From an uncultured Pseudomonadota bacterium (GTDB taxonomy: Bacteria > Oederibacteriota > Muellerivitia > Muellerivitales > Muellerivitaceae), in contig CAWJKT010000024.1 in assembly GCA_963843375.1 (NCBI GenBank), positions 1 to 26,544 on the forward strand: 26,544 bases of DNA, given 5' to 3'. Positions 1 to 11,273 of this stretch are shown here, in pieces (within the stretch, counting starts at the first letter, position 1; every line of letters starts with the position of its first letter). The notes under the pieces are model-generated. The model searched no databases and was not told where the DNA came from. It saw only the letters and a list, made by a program, of their open reading frames with translations. Made by a program: the position numbers and the translations under genes.

Positions 1-2
1 CC

Positions 3-620
3 GGCAGCTCCAGCTCGAGTTCCGGGCAGTTCGTGATCGAACCGCTCGACTCGTTCATCGTGAGCGTGGACGCGACAACGTCCCAAATAGCCGATATCCA
101 GGACCAGGAGCAGGCGGAGATCACCCCGACCGGCACGAGCACGACCGCCTACGGCATCGTCACCACCATAAGCAGCGTGGGGACCACGACCAGCGGTGTG
201 ACAACCTTCCCAGTAACGATCACAGTCACAGGGAGCCCCGCAGGGCTATACGCCGGAGCGTCTGCCGCCGTCGAGATCATCGTGCGCCAAGCCACCAACG
301 TCCTGGTGGTGCCCACCACGGCCGTGCACACATTGGGGACGTCCTCTTACGTCTACCTCCTGAAGAGCGGGAAAGAGGTCGAGCAGACCGTGACCGTTGG
401 CGCCGTGGGAAGCCCATATACCCAGATAACCTCTGGCCTGAAAAGCGGCCAGGACGTTGTCATCGCCTCGCTCTCCTCGGCCAGCCTCTCCACTGGTAGC
501 GGGACCACCGGCACCGGCAGAGCGGTCTTCGGAGGGGGCGGTCTCGGAGGCGGTGCTGGCGGCTTCGGTGGCGCCGGTGGCTTCGGTGGCGCTGGCGGCT
601 TCGGCGGCCGCGGAGGGTGA
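3..620 (+). CDS. Efflux/ABC periplasmic adaptor (MacA/YknX-like membrane fusion protein), 5'-truncated by window edge
   Basis: C-terminal MFP-type segments GVTTFPVTITV, LYAGASAAVEII, NVLVVPTTAV, VEQTVTVG and QITSGLKSGQDVVI. Lies directly upstream of an ABC ATPase and ends in a Gly/Phe-rich tail. Confidence 0.85.
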   Translation, partial: GSSSSSSGQFVIEPLDSFIVSVDATTSQIADIQDQEQAEITPTGTSTTAYGIVTTISSVGTTTSGVTTFPVTITVTGSPAGLYAGASAAVEIIVRQATNVLVVPTTAVHTLGTSSYVYLLKSGKEVEQTVTVGAVGSPYTQITSGLKSGQDVVIASLSSASLSTGSGTTGTGRAVFGGGGLGGGAGGFGGAGGFGGAGGFGGRGG

Positions 621-1363
621 TGGTCCCGATGAACCAGGGTCAGCCGCCCTTAACCCGAAGACCGCTGGTGCAGCTCGTGAACGTGTGGAAAACCTACACG
701 CCCACCTCAGTGCCAGTGCATGCTCTCCGAGGCGTGTCGATCTCGGTCTTCCCCGGAGAGTACATCTCGATTATCGGGCCTTCGGGCTCCGGGAAGTCGA
801 CCTTCATGCACATCCTGGGCTGCCTCGATGTCCCGACATCGGGCCAGTACTACCTTGCAGGCACGGACGTGAGCCAGATGGACGAGGAGCACTTGGCCAA
901 GGTACGGAACCGCCGCATCGGGTTTATCTTCCAGCAGTTCCACTTGCTGCCCACCCTCAACGCCTGGCGTAACGTGGAACTGCCGCTTATCTACGCAGGG
1001 GTGGACCGCAAGAGCAGGCGGCTGAAAGCGCTCGCGGCGCTCGAACAGGTCGGGTTGGCCGACCGGGTCGACCACCTCCCGAACCAGCTGTCGGGTGGTC
1101 AGCAGCAAAGGGTCGCCGTGGCGCGCGCTCTGGTGACAGAACCCGACCTCCTGCTCGCCGACGAACCGACGGGCAACCTCGACTCTCGCTCGAGCGCCGA
1201 TGTGCTCGGGATGATGGACGCATTGCATAAGCAGGGTCGCACGATCGTGTTGATCACCCACGAGCAGGACGTAGCCGAAGCCGCCGAGCGCATAATGCGT
1301 TTCCGTGACGGCAAGTTCCTCCCGGGCAGTGGTGTACCCGGCCGAGAGGAGGCCGTGGTATGA
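617..1363 (+). CDS. ABC transporter ATP-binding protein (MacB/LolD-like)
   Basis: Walker A GPSGSGKST, GFIFQQFHLL, signature LSGGQQQRVAVARAL, Walker B LLLADEPTGNLD, H-loop ITHE. Start could be 617, 620 or 629. Confidence 0.95.
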   Translation: MMVPMNQGQPPLTRRPLVQLVNVWKTYTPTSVPVHALRGVSISVFPGEYISIIGPSGSGKSTFMHILGCLDVPTSGQYYLAGTDVSQMDEEHLAKVRNRRIGFIFQQFHLLPTLNAWRNVELPLIYAGVDRKSRRLKALAALEQVGLADRVDHLPNQLSGGQQQRVAVARALVTEPDLLLADEPTGNLDSRSSADVLGMMDALHKQGRTIVLITHEQDVAEAAERIMRFRDGKFLPGSGVPGREEAVV

Positions 1364-2576
1364 GCTGGTGGGAGACGTTGCGTTCGGGTATGCAATCGAT
1401 AGCGAGCCACAGGTTGCGTTCCTCGCTCACAGTTCTCGGGATCCTCATCGGTATCGCGGCTGTGATCCTCACCGTCGGGTTCGGCGAAGGTGCGACTTCT
1501 TCGGTGAACTCCGCCATCAGCGCTCTCGGCACCAATTTGTTGATAGTTACCCCGGGGAGCACGACGACCGGGTTGGTGCGGGGCGGGTTCGGCTCGTCGT
1601 CCACCTTGACCTACCAGAACGCCGTTGACCTGGCTAACAAGATCGATTGCCCCGACATTGCTGCGGTGGCTCCCCAGGTTTCGAGTGAGACCACATTGGT
1701 GGCTGGTAATGCGAACTGGACCACGAGCATCAACGGCTCGACTCCCGCGTGGCTGTCGGTGCGCGGCCGTTCGATGGCGGAGGGCTCCTTTTTCACCCAG
1801 CAGGAGATGACCCACGATGACAACGTGGTCGTCCTCGGCCAAACGACCGCCGAAGAGCTGGGCCTATTTTCCCCCGTTGGCGAGACGGTGGACATTGGCA
1901 ATATCCCCTTTACGATCATCGGGGTCCTCAATACGCGGGGAGCTCGTCGTCGACCAACGAGGACGACCTCGCGGTAATCCCGATAACTACGGCCCAAAGT
2001 GAGTTCCTCGGTACTTCCTCGGTGTCGACCATTTACCTCGAAGCAGCCTCGCAGTCGACTATGGGTGCGGCTGACGCCGAGGCGACAGCGGAACTCCTGG
2101 CTCTGCACGGCATTACCGACCCAACTGAGGCCGACTTCACGATCACAAGCCAGACAACGATCGACAACACGCTCACCTCTGCCGATAAGACCCTTACGAT
2201 CCTGCTCGGTGGGATCGCGGCGATCTCGCTCCTGGTGGGCGGTATCGGGGTGATGAACATAATGCTCGTCTCGGTCACGGAGCGGGTCAAAGAGATCGGC
2301 CTCCGAAAAGCCTTGGGGGCAACACCTCGCATTATCTTGCGCCAGTTCCTGGTGGAAGCATCGACCCTCGGGCTGGTCGGTGGTATTGCCGGAGCGTCGT
2401 TGGGCATTCTTGGGGCAGTAATTATCCCGAACTTCGTATCGAACACGATCACGATCTCGGCTTCCGCGGCCGTCGGCTCCATTGTTGTGGCAATCGGCAT
2501 CGGGGTGGCGGCCGGCGTCTACCCAGCGTTTCGCGCCGCACGTCTCGCTCCGATCGAAGCGCTGCGCAGCGAATAA
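1360..2576 (+). CDS. ABC transporter permease (MacB_PCD + FtsX domains); one apparent missing base near 1936
   Basis: N-terminal RLRSSLTVLGILIGIAAVI; C-terminal IAAISLLVGGIGVMNIMLVSVTERVKEIGLRKALGA and GVYPAFRAARLAPIEALRSE. ORFs 1360..1977 and 2022..2576 join into about 405 aa if one base is added near 1936. Confidence 0.92.
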
Positions 2577-2609
2577 TTCTCAGCTCATGGATATAGGAGG
2601 AACAACCAG

Positions 2610-3656
2610 GTGACAATTTTCGAGATGCCTTCCGGTAGGACGCGCCGCTTTGTGTCTGCCGCTGGCCTATTGGCAGTCATGTCCTTGCTGGCGGCGGCCT
2701 GCGGCGGGGGAGGCTCGAGCGCTGCCAAAGCGCCGGCTACCACGACGCCACCGGCTACGACGGCCACCACGGCCGCTGCCAACGCTGCTGCCAAGGCCGC
2801 GGCTGCTGCCAAGGCGGCGGCTGCCGCAAAGGCGCGCGGTGCCGGTTCGCCCACGGGGACGCCCTCTTTCGCCCCGGCAGCTACAGGCAAGATTGCCAGC
2901 ATTACCGGCAACACTCTGGAGGTACAGAACACCGAGACGGGCCAGACCACCGTTGACCTGACGGCTTCGACCACGATCACCGCCAGCCTGACGGCGAGCC
3001 TCAGCGATGTGAAAGTCGGCGTATGCATCACAGCCACCGGCTCGAAAGGCTCGGCTGGAGCAGTGAAAGCCACCAACGTGACGATCTTCTCGGCGACGAG
3101 CGGGACCTGCAACCGTGGCTTTGGCGGCGGTGCCGGTGGCGGCGCGTTCGGCGGTGGCGGTTTCGGGGGTCGCACGGGCGGGACCTTCCCTGGCGCCGGC
3201 ACACGACCTCGCACGACGGTTACACGGCCGGCCGGGACGGTCGCTTTTGCGGTCGGCAAGGTAACAGCGGTGTCGGGGTCGACCATTACAGTGCAAGGCA
3301 CGCGCTTCGCTTTCGCCGGTGGCCGTACATCCACAACGACCGGGGCGCTCAGCACAACAACGACCGTCAGCCCGGGGCCCGAGGTCGTGACGGTTAGCAC
3401 GGCGACCAAGTACCTGAAGACAGGAAAAGCCACCGCCGGCCAACTGACTGTGGGCGAATGCGCTACCGCAATTGGCTCCACGAACACCATCGGGGTCGTG
3501 ACCGCCAGGGCCCTTACGATTACCCAGCCCACGTCGACCGGCTGCACTGCCGGCTTCGGCGGCTTCGGCGGCGGTTTCGGGAGGGGCGGCGGTTTCGGTA
3601 GAGGCGGCGGTGGCGGCGCTGGCGGTGCCGGTGGTGCCGGTGGAGGTGCAGCATGA
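2610..3656 (+). CDS. Lipoprotein with two DUF5666-like (OB-like) repeats and Gly/Phe-rich segments
   Basis: AGGAGG Shine-Dalgarno upstream; lipobox-like LLAAAC; Ala/Thr linker; two homologous units (GKIASITGNTLEV..DVKVGVCITATG..ATNVTI and GKVTAVSGSTITV..QLTVGECATAIG..ARALTI). Confidence 0.7.
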   Translation: MTIFEMPSGRTRRFVSAAGLLAVMSLLAAACGGGGSSAAKAPATTTPPATTATTAAANAAAKAAAAAKAAAAAKARGAGSPTGTPSFAPAATGKIASITGNTLEVQNTETGQTTVDLTASTTITASLTASLSDVKVGVCITATGSKGSAGAVKATNVTIFSATSGTCNRGFGGGAGGGAFGGGGFGGRTGGTFPGAGTRPRTTVTRPAGTVAFAVGKVTAVSGSTITVQGTRFAFAGGRTSTTTGALSTTTTVSPGPEVVTVSTATKYLKTGKATAGQLTVGECATAIGSTNTIGVVTARALTITQPTSTGCTAGFGGFGGGFGRGGGFGRGGGGGAGGAGGAGGGAA

Positions 3657-5542
3657 ACCGGCCCACGCGTGGCTCAGCCCGCCGGGTACCGGCGCTCGCC
3701 TTGCTTGCCGCACTGCCCCTAGCCGGTCTCGGTGTGACAGCTGCTTTCCTTCCTTTCGCCAATGTTGCTTCTGCTACCACCGGCTGCACGGGCACGCTTT
3801 CCGGGATCCAGGTGACCGCCGGCTCCCCGCAGCTGGCCAAGGTCGGCACGGCGTTTGCCGATCCCCTCGAGGCCACGGTCGTCGACACAGGGGGCTGCCC
3901 GGTGCCTTTCGCCGACGTCGTGTTCACGACGCCGGGCACCGGGCCCAGCGCCAGCTTCGCTGGCGGGCTGGGCGCCGACACCGTTACCACCAACTCCCAG
4001 GGCATAGCGACGGCCCCTGCGCTCACGGCCAACGACATCAGCGGGTCCTACAGTGTGACAGCCGAGGAATCCAGAACACCACGTTCGCAGTCACCTTCGA
4101 CCTGACCAACACCACGACCGGGGTCGCGACCACGGTTACAGCGGTCTCCGGTAACGGCCAGTCGGCGGAAGTGGGCGCCGAGTACCCCGCTCCTTTGCAG
4201 GTTTCCGTGACGGACGCCTACGGTGCGGCGGTCCCAGGGACCACGGTCGACTTCACGGTGGTCACTACGAGCGGGGCGGGTGCGACCTTCGTCGGTGGCG
4301 GCGCCAGTGCCGCCATCCAAACCGGCACCGGTGGGACCGCCACGAGCCCGCTTCTTGTTGCCGGCTCAACCGTCGGGACTTTCACGGTGACAGCGACCGT
4401 TAGCGGGGTGAGCCGCGCCGGTCACCTTCACGCTGTCAGACGTTGCTTCGGCACCCACCACCCTTACCGTCGGGACGGGTTCTTCCCAGGACGCCGAGCT
4501 CGGCACTACATTCGCGATACCCCTCGCCGTGACTGTTACCGACACCAACGGCAATGACGTCGTCGGCGCGAGCGTCACGTTCAGTGCTCCGAGCAGCGGC
4601 CCCAGCGGGGTATTTGCTGGCTACGGAGCGACGGCTGAGGTCCTGACCGACTCGTCGGGCATCGCCACCGCCCCGGACTTTTCTGCGGACCAGAGGGCGG
4701 GGGGCTACATCGTCACGGCCACCGTTGCGGGCCTGTCCAGCGAGGCGACCTTTGCCCTTGTCAACACATCCCGAGCGACCGCCAGCGTGACGGGCCCTGC
4801 TGGGACGTACTGGCTCGCGACCAGCACAGGGCAGGTCCTGCGCTCTGGGGAGGCCGCGAATTACGGCGGCGTGGCGAGCAAAAAACTACCGGCGCCCATC
4901 GTCGCGATCGCCGCGATGCCAAGTGGCCGGGGTTATTGGCTCGTCGCTTCGAACGGTGTCGTCTACCCGTTCGGCGGTGCGGTCTCCTACGGTCCTCATT
5001 CCAAGCTCCACCTTGCCAAGCCGATCATCGGCATCGCCTCGACCGCTGATGGCAAGGGTTACTGGCTAGTCGCCTCGAACGGGCAGGTCTTCACTTACGG
5101 CGACGCTGTCAACTACGGGTCCCCGTCCAAGCTCCACCTGAGCAAGCCGATCGTCGGCATGGCGACCACACCGGACGGGAAGGGCTACTGGCTCGTGGCG
5201 TCCGATGGGGGCATATTCAACTACGGTGACGCTGCTTTCCACGGCTCGACGGGCAGCTTGCACCTCAAGAAGGCGATTGTCGGCATCGCCGCAGCTCCTG
5301 GCGGCGCGGGCTATTGGCTCGTCGCTTCCGACGGAGGCGTGTACGGCTTCGGGCGTACCGCCACCTTCTTCGGTTCTGGCACCAGCCTGTCGCCCAAGCC
5401 GGTCAAGGCCATAGTGCCGACGTCGGACGGCGACGGCTACTGGGTGATAAGCGCCAACGGCACAGCGGCCGGCTTTGGTGACGCCGGGGCGCAGGGGTCG
5501 CGCTCGAGCGCAAAGACAGCGGTTGTGGGAGGCGCATCGTAA
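3653..5542 (+). CDS. Secreted protein: signal peptide, three Big_1/invasin-like Ig repeats, six ~42-aa YWLVASDGG repeats; two compensating indels (~4066, ~4414)
   Basis: Three units of the form GxxQxAxVGxxFxxPLxVxVTDxxGxxVxGxxVxF spread over ORFs 3653, 3610 and 4529. The 3653 and 4529 ORFs share a frame, giving about 629 aa in total. Start overlaps the upstream stop (ATGA). Confidence 0.8.
4805..5520 (+). repeat. Six tandem ~126-nt coding repeats (GYWLVASxGxVFxFGDA..PIVG type)
   Basis: YWLATSTG, YWLVASNG, YWLVASNG, YWLVASDG, YWLVASDG and YWVISANG at about 42-aa spacing. The nucleotide block TCCAAGCTCCACCT..CAAGCCGATC is also repeated. Confidence 0.92.
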
Positions 5543-5584
5543 GGGGCGCCGCCTCCTCCCTTCGTCCGGCTTCCTGGCGAGCGG

Positions 5585-6663
5585 CTACGCCTGTTCCACG
5601 CGTTCGGCTTGCTGCTGAGCAACTATGCACAGCTCGGCTGCCTCGAACGCGTGGGCCTGCGTCATGGCATGTTCCGTGCGTTCCAGGCAGTCGCGGACCA
5701 GCTCCCCAAAGTACGGGTAGCCCACTTTCCCATGCACCGCTAGGTGATGTTCGCCGTGGCCGTCGACCAGGTAGACGTGATCGCCCTCGTTTTCCCTGGC
5801 CACATCGAGGTACTTGCGCAGCTCTATGTAGCCCTCGGTGCCAAGTATGAAGACCCTTCCGTCCCCCCAGGCGCTGAGCCCTTGCGGGGTGAACCAGTCG
5901 ACCCGGAAGTAGCCCGAGGCGCCGTTGCCTCCTAAAAGGTTGCAGTCGCCGAAATCGTCGAGGCCGGGGTGCTCCTTGTGGGCGTAGTTGGCCACCCGGC
6001 TGGACACCACGCGGGCATCGGCATTGCCGGTGAAGTACAGGAACTGTTCGGCCTGGTGGCTCCCGATGTCGCACAGGATGCCCCCGTAGCGTTCACGCTC
6101 GTAGAACCATGCAGGCCGGGAACCCAGGTTGGCCCGGTGCGGGCCCATGCCGAGCACCTGCACGACACGCCCGATCGCCCCCTCTTGGACAAGCTGGCCC
6201 GCGAAAACGGCGCTCTCAACGTGTACGCGCTCGCTGTAGTACACGGCGTACTTCTTTCCTGTCTGTGCTACCAACCGCCGCGCCTCCGCCAGCTGTTCCA
6301 GGGTCGTGAGGGCGGGCTTGTCCGTGAAGTAGTCCTTTCCGGCCAACATGGCCCGGGCCCCAGGCTGAGGTGATCGGACGGGACGGTGGCGCCGGCGACC
6401 ATCTGGACATGGGGGTCGTCGAGGACCTGAGCTTCGCTGGCCGCCACCTCCACTTGGGGGAACCGGTCCACAAAGCTGGCCGCCTTGGCCAGGTCGGGGT
6501 CGTATACCCATTTGAGCTGGCCGCCGGCCTCGGTTAGCCCGTTGCACATCCCGTAGATGTGACCGTGGTCCAACCCGATAGCCGCGAAGACGAACTCGCC
6601 TTCGGCACAGACAGGCGCCGGCCTGCCCTTCGGGGCATAGTCGATACCATCGGCGGCAGCCAC
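5585..6663 (-). CDS. Gfo/Idh/MocA family oxidoreductase; one missing base near 6358-6361
   Basis: FAAIGLDHGHIYGM, GKDYFTDKP, YSER, GGILCDIGSHQ, YFRVDWFTP..WGDGR. GTG start at 6663 with GGAGG 7 nt upstream. ORFs 6268..6702 and 5585..6547 join with one added base. Confidence 0.88.
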
Positions 6664-6718
6664 TGAGAGACCTCCTCCCAAGCCAGTGTTGTCGGTCTCC
6701 ATCTTGCCTCTGGGCGAC

Positions 6719-6746
6719 TTGGGAACGTCGGTTCTCGTGCTAACAT
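6719..6746 (+). promoter_or_regulatory. Putative housekeeping-sigma promoter of the str operon (extended -10 TGcTAACAT)
   Basis: TG at 6738-6739, TAACAT at 6741-6746, weak -35 TTGGGA at 6719-6724; lies in the divergent intergenic region upstream of rpsL. Confidence 0.45.
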
Positions 6747-6822
6747 GGCCCCTCGTCCCACGGGGCAGCGCCTAGGTTGTACGCGCCTCCGTCTAAGTAA
6801 GACTCTTCTCTCTAGAGGTCCA

Positions 6823-7191
6823 GTGCCCACAATCGCTCAATTGGTTCGCAAGGGCCGCCAGCAGAACGCCAAGAAGACCAAGACGCCCGCTCTCAAAGGC
6901 GCGCCACAACGGCGTGGCGTCTGCACGCGTGTCTATACCAACACGCCCAAGAAGCCGAACTCGGCTCTCCGCAAGGTTGCCCGCGTCAGGCTCTCGAGCG
7001 GGTTCGAAGTGACCGCGTACATCCCTGGCGTTGGCCACAACCTCCAGGAGCACTCGATCGTGCTCGTGCGCGGAGGCCGTGTCAAGGACCTCCCCGGGGT
7101 GCGCTACAAGGTCATCCGGGGCACCCTGGACACCGCCGGTGTGCGGGACCGCAAGCAAGCACGCAGCCGCTACGGCGCCAAGAAGGGTTAG
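6823..7191 (+). CDS. rpsL: 30S ribosomal protein S12
   Basis: GTG start giving [12 protein letters not shown]; motifs [16 protein letters not shown] and [16 protein letters not shown] upstream. Confidence 0.98.
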   Translation: MPTIAQLVRKGRQQNAKKTKTPALKGAPQRRGVCTRVYTNTPKKPNSALRKVARVRLSSGFEVTAYIPGVGHNLQEHSIVLVRGGRVKDLPGVRYKVIRGTLDTAGVRDRKQARSRYGAKKG

Positions 7192-7208
7192 AAAGGTCAA
7201 GATCAGAA

Positions 7209-7680
<472 letters not shown>

Positions 7681-7862
7681 AACCAGCCACAGTTGTTCAA
7701 CTGGCGTTCAACTGCCGAACGGTGCCGCTAGTCAAAGGGTGGGCCACGCGCAGGCTCAGCCTTCCATAACGGCGCTGGCCCCCCTCAATTGCCAGGCGAC
7801 ATCGCTGGCCGGCGATAAGTTGAAACCACTACAAATAACAGTCACCAGATTTCGAGGCACGA

Positions 7863-9968
7863 ATGGCTGACGCCAGCAACAAAAGAGAGTTCCCCCTCGC
7901 CAGGACCCGCAACATCGGGATCATGGCCCATATCGACGCGGGCAAGACCACGACCACCGAGCGGATCCTGTACTACACGGGCGTCAACTACAAGATGGGC
8001 GAGGTCCATGAGGGCAGCGCCACGATGGACTGGATGCCCCAGGAACAAGAGCGTGGCATCACGATCACCTCGGCGGCGACTACGTGCCAGTGGGCTGATC
8101 ACCGCATCAACATCATCGACACCCCCGGCCATGTCGACTTCACCGTAGAGGTCGAGAGGTCGCTGCGCGTCCTCGACGGGGCGATCGCTGTCTTTGACGC
8201 GGTAGCCGGTGTCGAGCCCCAAACCGAGACTGTCTGGCGCCAGGCCGACAAGTACGAAGTCCCTCGCATCTGCTTCGTCAACAAGATGGACCGGATCGGG
8301 GCGAACTTCTCCAGGTGCGTCGACATGATCGAGGACCGCCTGGGAGCGACCGTAGCGGTGATACAACTTCCGATCGGTGTGGAGAGCAGTTTTGTCGGCG
8401 TGGTGGACCTGATCGAAATGAAGGCGCTTGTCTGGGGGGAAGAGGGTTCCTCCCGTGGCGAGTCGTACACAACCGTCGAGATCCCGGCCAACCTCACGGA
8501 GAAGGCCGCAGCTGCGCGCGCCACCCTCGTCGACGTCCTGGCCACCTTCGACGACTCCATCACCGAGAAGTTCCTGAACGAAGAGGAGATCCCTTCCAGC
8601 CTCCTCCGTTCGGCGCTGCGACGGGCGACGATCTCGGGCCAAGCGGTCCCCGTGCTCTGCGGGGCAGCCTTCAAGAACAAGGGCGTCCAGCCGATGCTCG
8701 ACGCCGTCGTCAACTACCTCCCGAGCCCCCTCGACGTCCCGCCCACCAAGGGCAAGGACCTCAAGGGAGAGAAGGACATGGAGCGGCTGGCCGACGACAA
8801 GGAGCCCCTTTCTGCTCTCGCGTTCAAGATCATGGCCGACCAGCACCTCGGCAAGCTCGTCTTTGCCCGCATCTACTCGGGCATGCTCGCCCAGGGCGAC
8901 ACAGTGCTCAATTCGACGCGCGACCGCAAGGAGCGCATCGGGCGGATCGTCCAGATGCATGCCAACCACCGTGAGCCCCGCGACGTCGCTTACGCCGGCG
9001 ACATCATCGCTTTGGTCGGGCTCAAGCACACGACGACCGGCGATACCCTCTGCGACCTGCACGACCCGATAGTCCTGGAGCGCCTGGACTTCCCCGAGCC
9101 GGTCATTCACGTGGCAGTCGAGCCGAAGACCAAGGCTGACCAGGACAAGCTTTCGCGTGCCCTGCAGACGCTGTCCGAGGAAGACCCGACCTTCCGTGTG
9201 CACGGGGACGAAGACACCGGCCAGACGATCATCGGCGGCATGGGCGAGCTGCACCTCGAGGTCCTCGTGGACCGGATGCTGCGCGAGTTCCGTGTGGACG
9301 CCAATGTCGGCAAACCGCAGGTCGCCTATAGGGAGACGATCCGTAGCCCTATCGAAAAGGTGGAGCACCGTTACGTGCGCCAGACCGGCGGCCGTGGCCA
9401 GTACGGCCACGTCGTGCTCAACCTCGAGCCAACCGGGCCCGGGGGCGGTTACGAGTTCGTCGACAAGATCACGGGTGGCGTGATACCCAAGGAGTACATC
9501 CCGGCAGTGGACGCCGGCATCCAGGACGCCATGCAGTCCGGCGTGCTGGCCGGGTTCCCCACTGTGGACCTCAGGGCGACACTCGTGTACGGCTCGTACC
9601 ACGACGTCGACTCTTCGGAAATGGCCTTCAAGATCGCAGCCTCCATGTGCTTCAAGGAGGCTTGCCGGCGCGCCCACCCGGTGCTGCTGGAGCCGATTAT
9701 GGCCGTCGAGGTCGTGACGCCAGAGGACTACCTTGGAGATGTGATCGGAGACCTCGCATCCCGCCGGGGCCATGTCGAAGGAATGGACCAGAGGGCGAAC
9801 AACCAGGTTGTTCGCGCAGAAGTACCGCTGGCCGAAATGTTCGGCTATGCGACGGACGTGCGCAGCCGCACGCAGGGTAGGGCAACCTACACCATGCAGT
9901 TCAGGAGTTACCAGGAGGTACCTGAGCAGGTCGCCAAGGAAATAGTGGCGCGGGTGCGCGGCGACTGA
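7863..9968 (+). CDS. fusA: Elongation factor G
   Basis: [65 protein letters not shown]; located in the str operon. Confidence 0.99.
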   Translation: MADASNKREFPLARTRNIGIMAHIDAGKTTTTERILYYTGVNYKMGEVHEGSATMDWMPQEQERGITITSAATTCQWADHRINIIDTPGHVDFTVEVERSLRVLDGAIAVFDAVAGVEPQTETVWRQADKYEVPRICFVNKMDRIGANFSRCVDMIEDRLGATVAVIQLPIGVESSFVGVVDLIEMKALVWGEEGSSRGESYTTVEIPANLTEKAAAARATLVDVLATFDDSITEKFLNEEEIPSSLLRSALRRATISGQAVPVLCGAAFKNKGVQPMLDAVVNYLPSPLDVPPTKGKDLKGEKDMERLADDKEPLSALAFKIMADQHLGKLVFARIYSGMLAQGDTVLNSTRDRKERIGRIVQMHANHREPRDVAYAGDIIALVGLKHTTTGDTLCDLHDPIVLERLDFPEPVIHVAVEPKTKADQDKLSRALQTLSEEDPTFRVHGDEDTGQTIIGGMGELHLEVLVDRMLREFRVDANVGKPQVAYRETIRSPIEKVEHRYVRQTGGRGQYGHVVLNLEPTGPGGGYEFVDKITGGVIPKEYIPAVDAGIQDAMQSGVLAGFPTVDLRATLVYGSYHDVDSSEMAFKIAASMCFKEACRRAHPVLLEPIMAVEVVTPEDYLGDVIGDLASRRGHVEGMDQRANNQVVRAEVPLAEMFGYATDVRSRTQGRATYTMQFRSYQEVPEQVAKEIVARVRGD

Positions 9969-10051
9969 GCCGCTCCGCCCACTTCCGCCACCTGCTAGGG
10001 TACTAAACCGCCTCCGGCCGAGGGCCGGATTCGCACAGGGAGTATTTTTCA

Positions 10052-11242
10052 ATGGCCAAGCAAAAATTCGAGCGCACCAAGCCCCATCTCAACGTTGGCA
10101 CGATGGGACATATCGACCACGGCAAGACGACCTTAACCGCGGCGATTACCAAGGTCCTCGCGAAGCGCGATCCGAAGCACAACTCGAGCGTCGCCTTCGA
10201 CCAGATCGACAAGGCGCCCGAGGAGAAGCAGCGCGGGATCACGATCAACATTGCCCACGTCGAATACCAGACCGACAAGCGCCACTACGCGCACGTGGAC
10301 ATGCCTGGCCACGCCGACTACATCAAAAACATGATCACGGGTGCCGCTCAGGTCGACGGCGCGATCCTTGTTGTCTCCGCCCCGGACGGGCCGATGCCCC
10401 AGACCCGGGAGCACGTCCTGCTCGCACGGCAAGTCGGCGTGCCCTCGATCGTGGTAGCCCTCAACAAGGCCGATGCGATGGACGACGAGGACCTGCTCGA
10501 GCTGGTGGAGCTCGAGGTCCGCGAGCTGCTCACCTCGTACGAGTTCCCTGGCGACGATACGCCGGTCATCCGGGTGTCGGCCCTCAAGGCGCTCGAGGGG
10601 GACGCTGACGCAGAGGAGGGCATCCTCAAGTTGATGGACGCGGTCGACTCGTTCGTCCCCGAGCCGGTCCGTGAGATCGAGAAGCCCTTCCTGATGCCTG
10701 TCGAGGACGTCTTCACCATCTCGGGCCGTGGCACTGTGGCAACGGGCAAGGTGGAGCAGGGCATCATAAAGATCAACGACCCGGTCGAGATCGTGGGCCT
10801 GCGCCCGACGGCAAAGACCGTGTGCACGGGTGTCGAGATGTTCCACAAGCTCCTCGACCAGGGACAGGCCGGCGACAACATCGGCGTCCTGCTGCGCGGC
10901 ACTAAGAAGGAAGAGGTCGAGCGCGGCCAGGTGCTGTGCAAGCCCGGGTCGATCACGCCTCACGGCAACTTCGAAGCCAACGTCTACGTCCTGACCAAGG
11001 ACGAAGGTGGGCGTCACAAGCCGTTCTTCACCAACTACCGGCCGCAGTTCTACTTCCGGACGACGGACGTAACCGGGACCATTACCTTGCCTGAAGGCAC
11101 CGAGATGGTCATGCCCGGCGACAACCTCGTCATGACGGTCGAGCTGCAAAAGCCGATCGCCATGGACGAAGGATTGCGCTTCGCCATCCGAGAAGGTGGC
11201 CGCACGGTCGGTGCCGGTGCTGTTACCAAGATCCTCAAATAA
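10052..11242 (+). CDS. tuf: Elongation factor Tu
   Basis: [66 protein letters not shown]. Confidence 0.99.
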   Translation: MAKQKFERTKPHLNVGTMGHIDHGKTTLTAAITKVLAKRDPKHNSSVAFDQIDKAPEEKQRGITINIAHVEYQTDKRHYAHVDMPGHADYIKNMITGAAQVDGAILVVSAPDGPMPQTREHVLLARQVGVPSIVVALNKADAMDDEDLLELVELEVRELLTSYEFPGDDTPVIRVSALKALEGDADAEEGILKLMDAVDSFVPEPVREIEKPFLMPVEDVFTISGRGTVATGKVEQGIIKINDPVEIVGLRPTAKTVCTGVEMFHKLLDQGQAGDNIGVLLRGTKKEEVERGQVLCKPGSITPHGNFEANVYVLTKDEGGRHKPFFTNYRPQFYFRTTDVTGTITLPEGTEMVMPGDNLVMTVELQKPIAMDEGLRFAIREGGRTVGAGAVTKILK

Positions 11243-11273
11243 CTGAGAACCTGAAAAGGGACGGAGAGCTCTC

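Noticed and set aside
2637..2655. Tat signal (TRRFV) in the lipoprotein
   Set aside because: Poor fit to S/T-R-R-x-F-L-K; Arg-rich n-regions are common in high-GC Sec signals.
2585..3713. Minus-strand ORFs of 320 and 348 aa opposite the lipoprotein gene
   Set aside because: Low-complexity mirror translations; the plus-strand gene has an SD, a lipobox and operon context.
4805..5520. CRISPR array
   Set aside because: The repeats are degenerate in-frame coding repeats with no unique spacers, and no cas genes are present.
6745..6822. N-terminal extension of S12 given by the ORF track (likewise the DinB extension from 11619)
   Set aside because: Canonical starts with an SD or promoter context lie downstream at 6823 and 11757.
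6940..7095. Streptomycin-resistance allele of rpsL
   Set aside because: The K43 (PKKPNS) and K88 (RVKDLP) equivalents are wild type.
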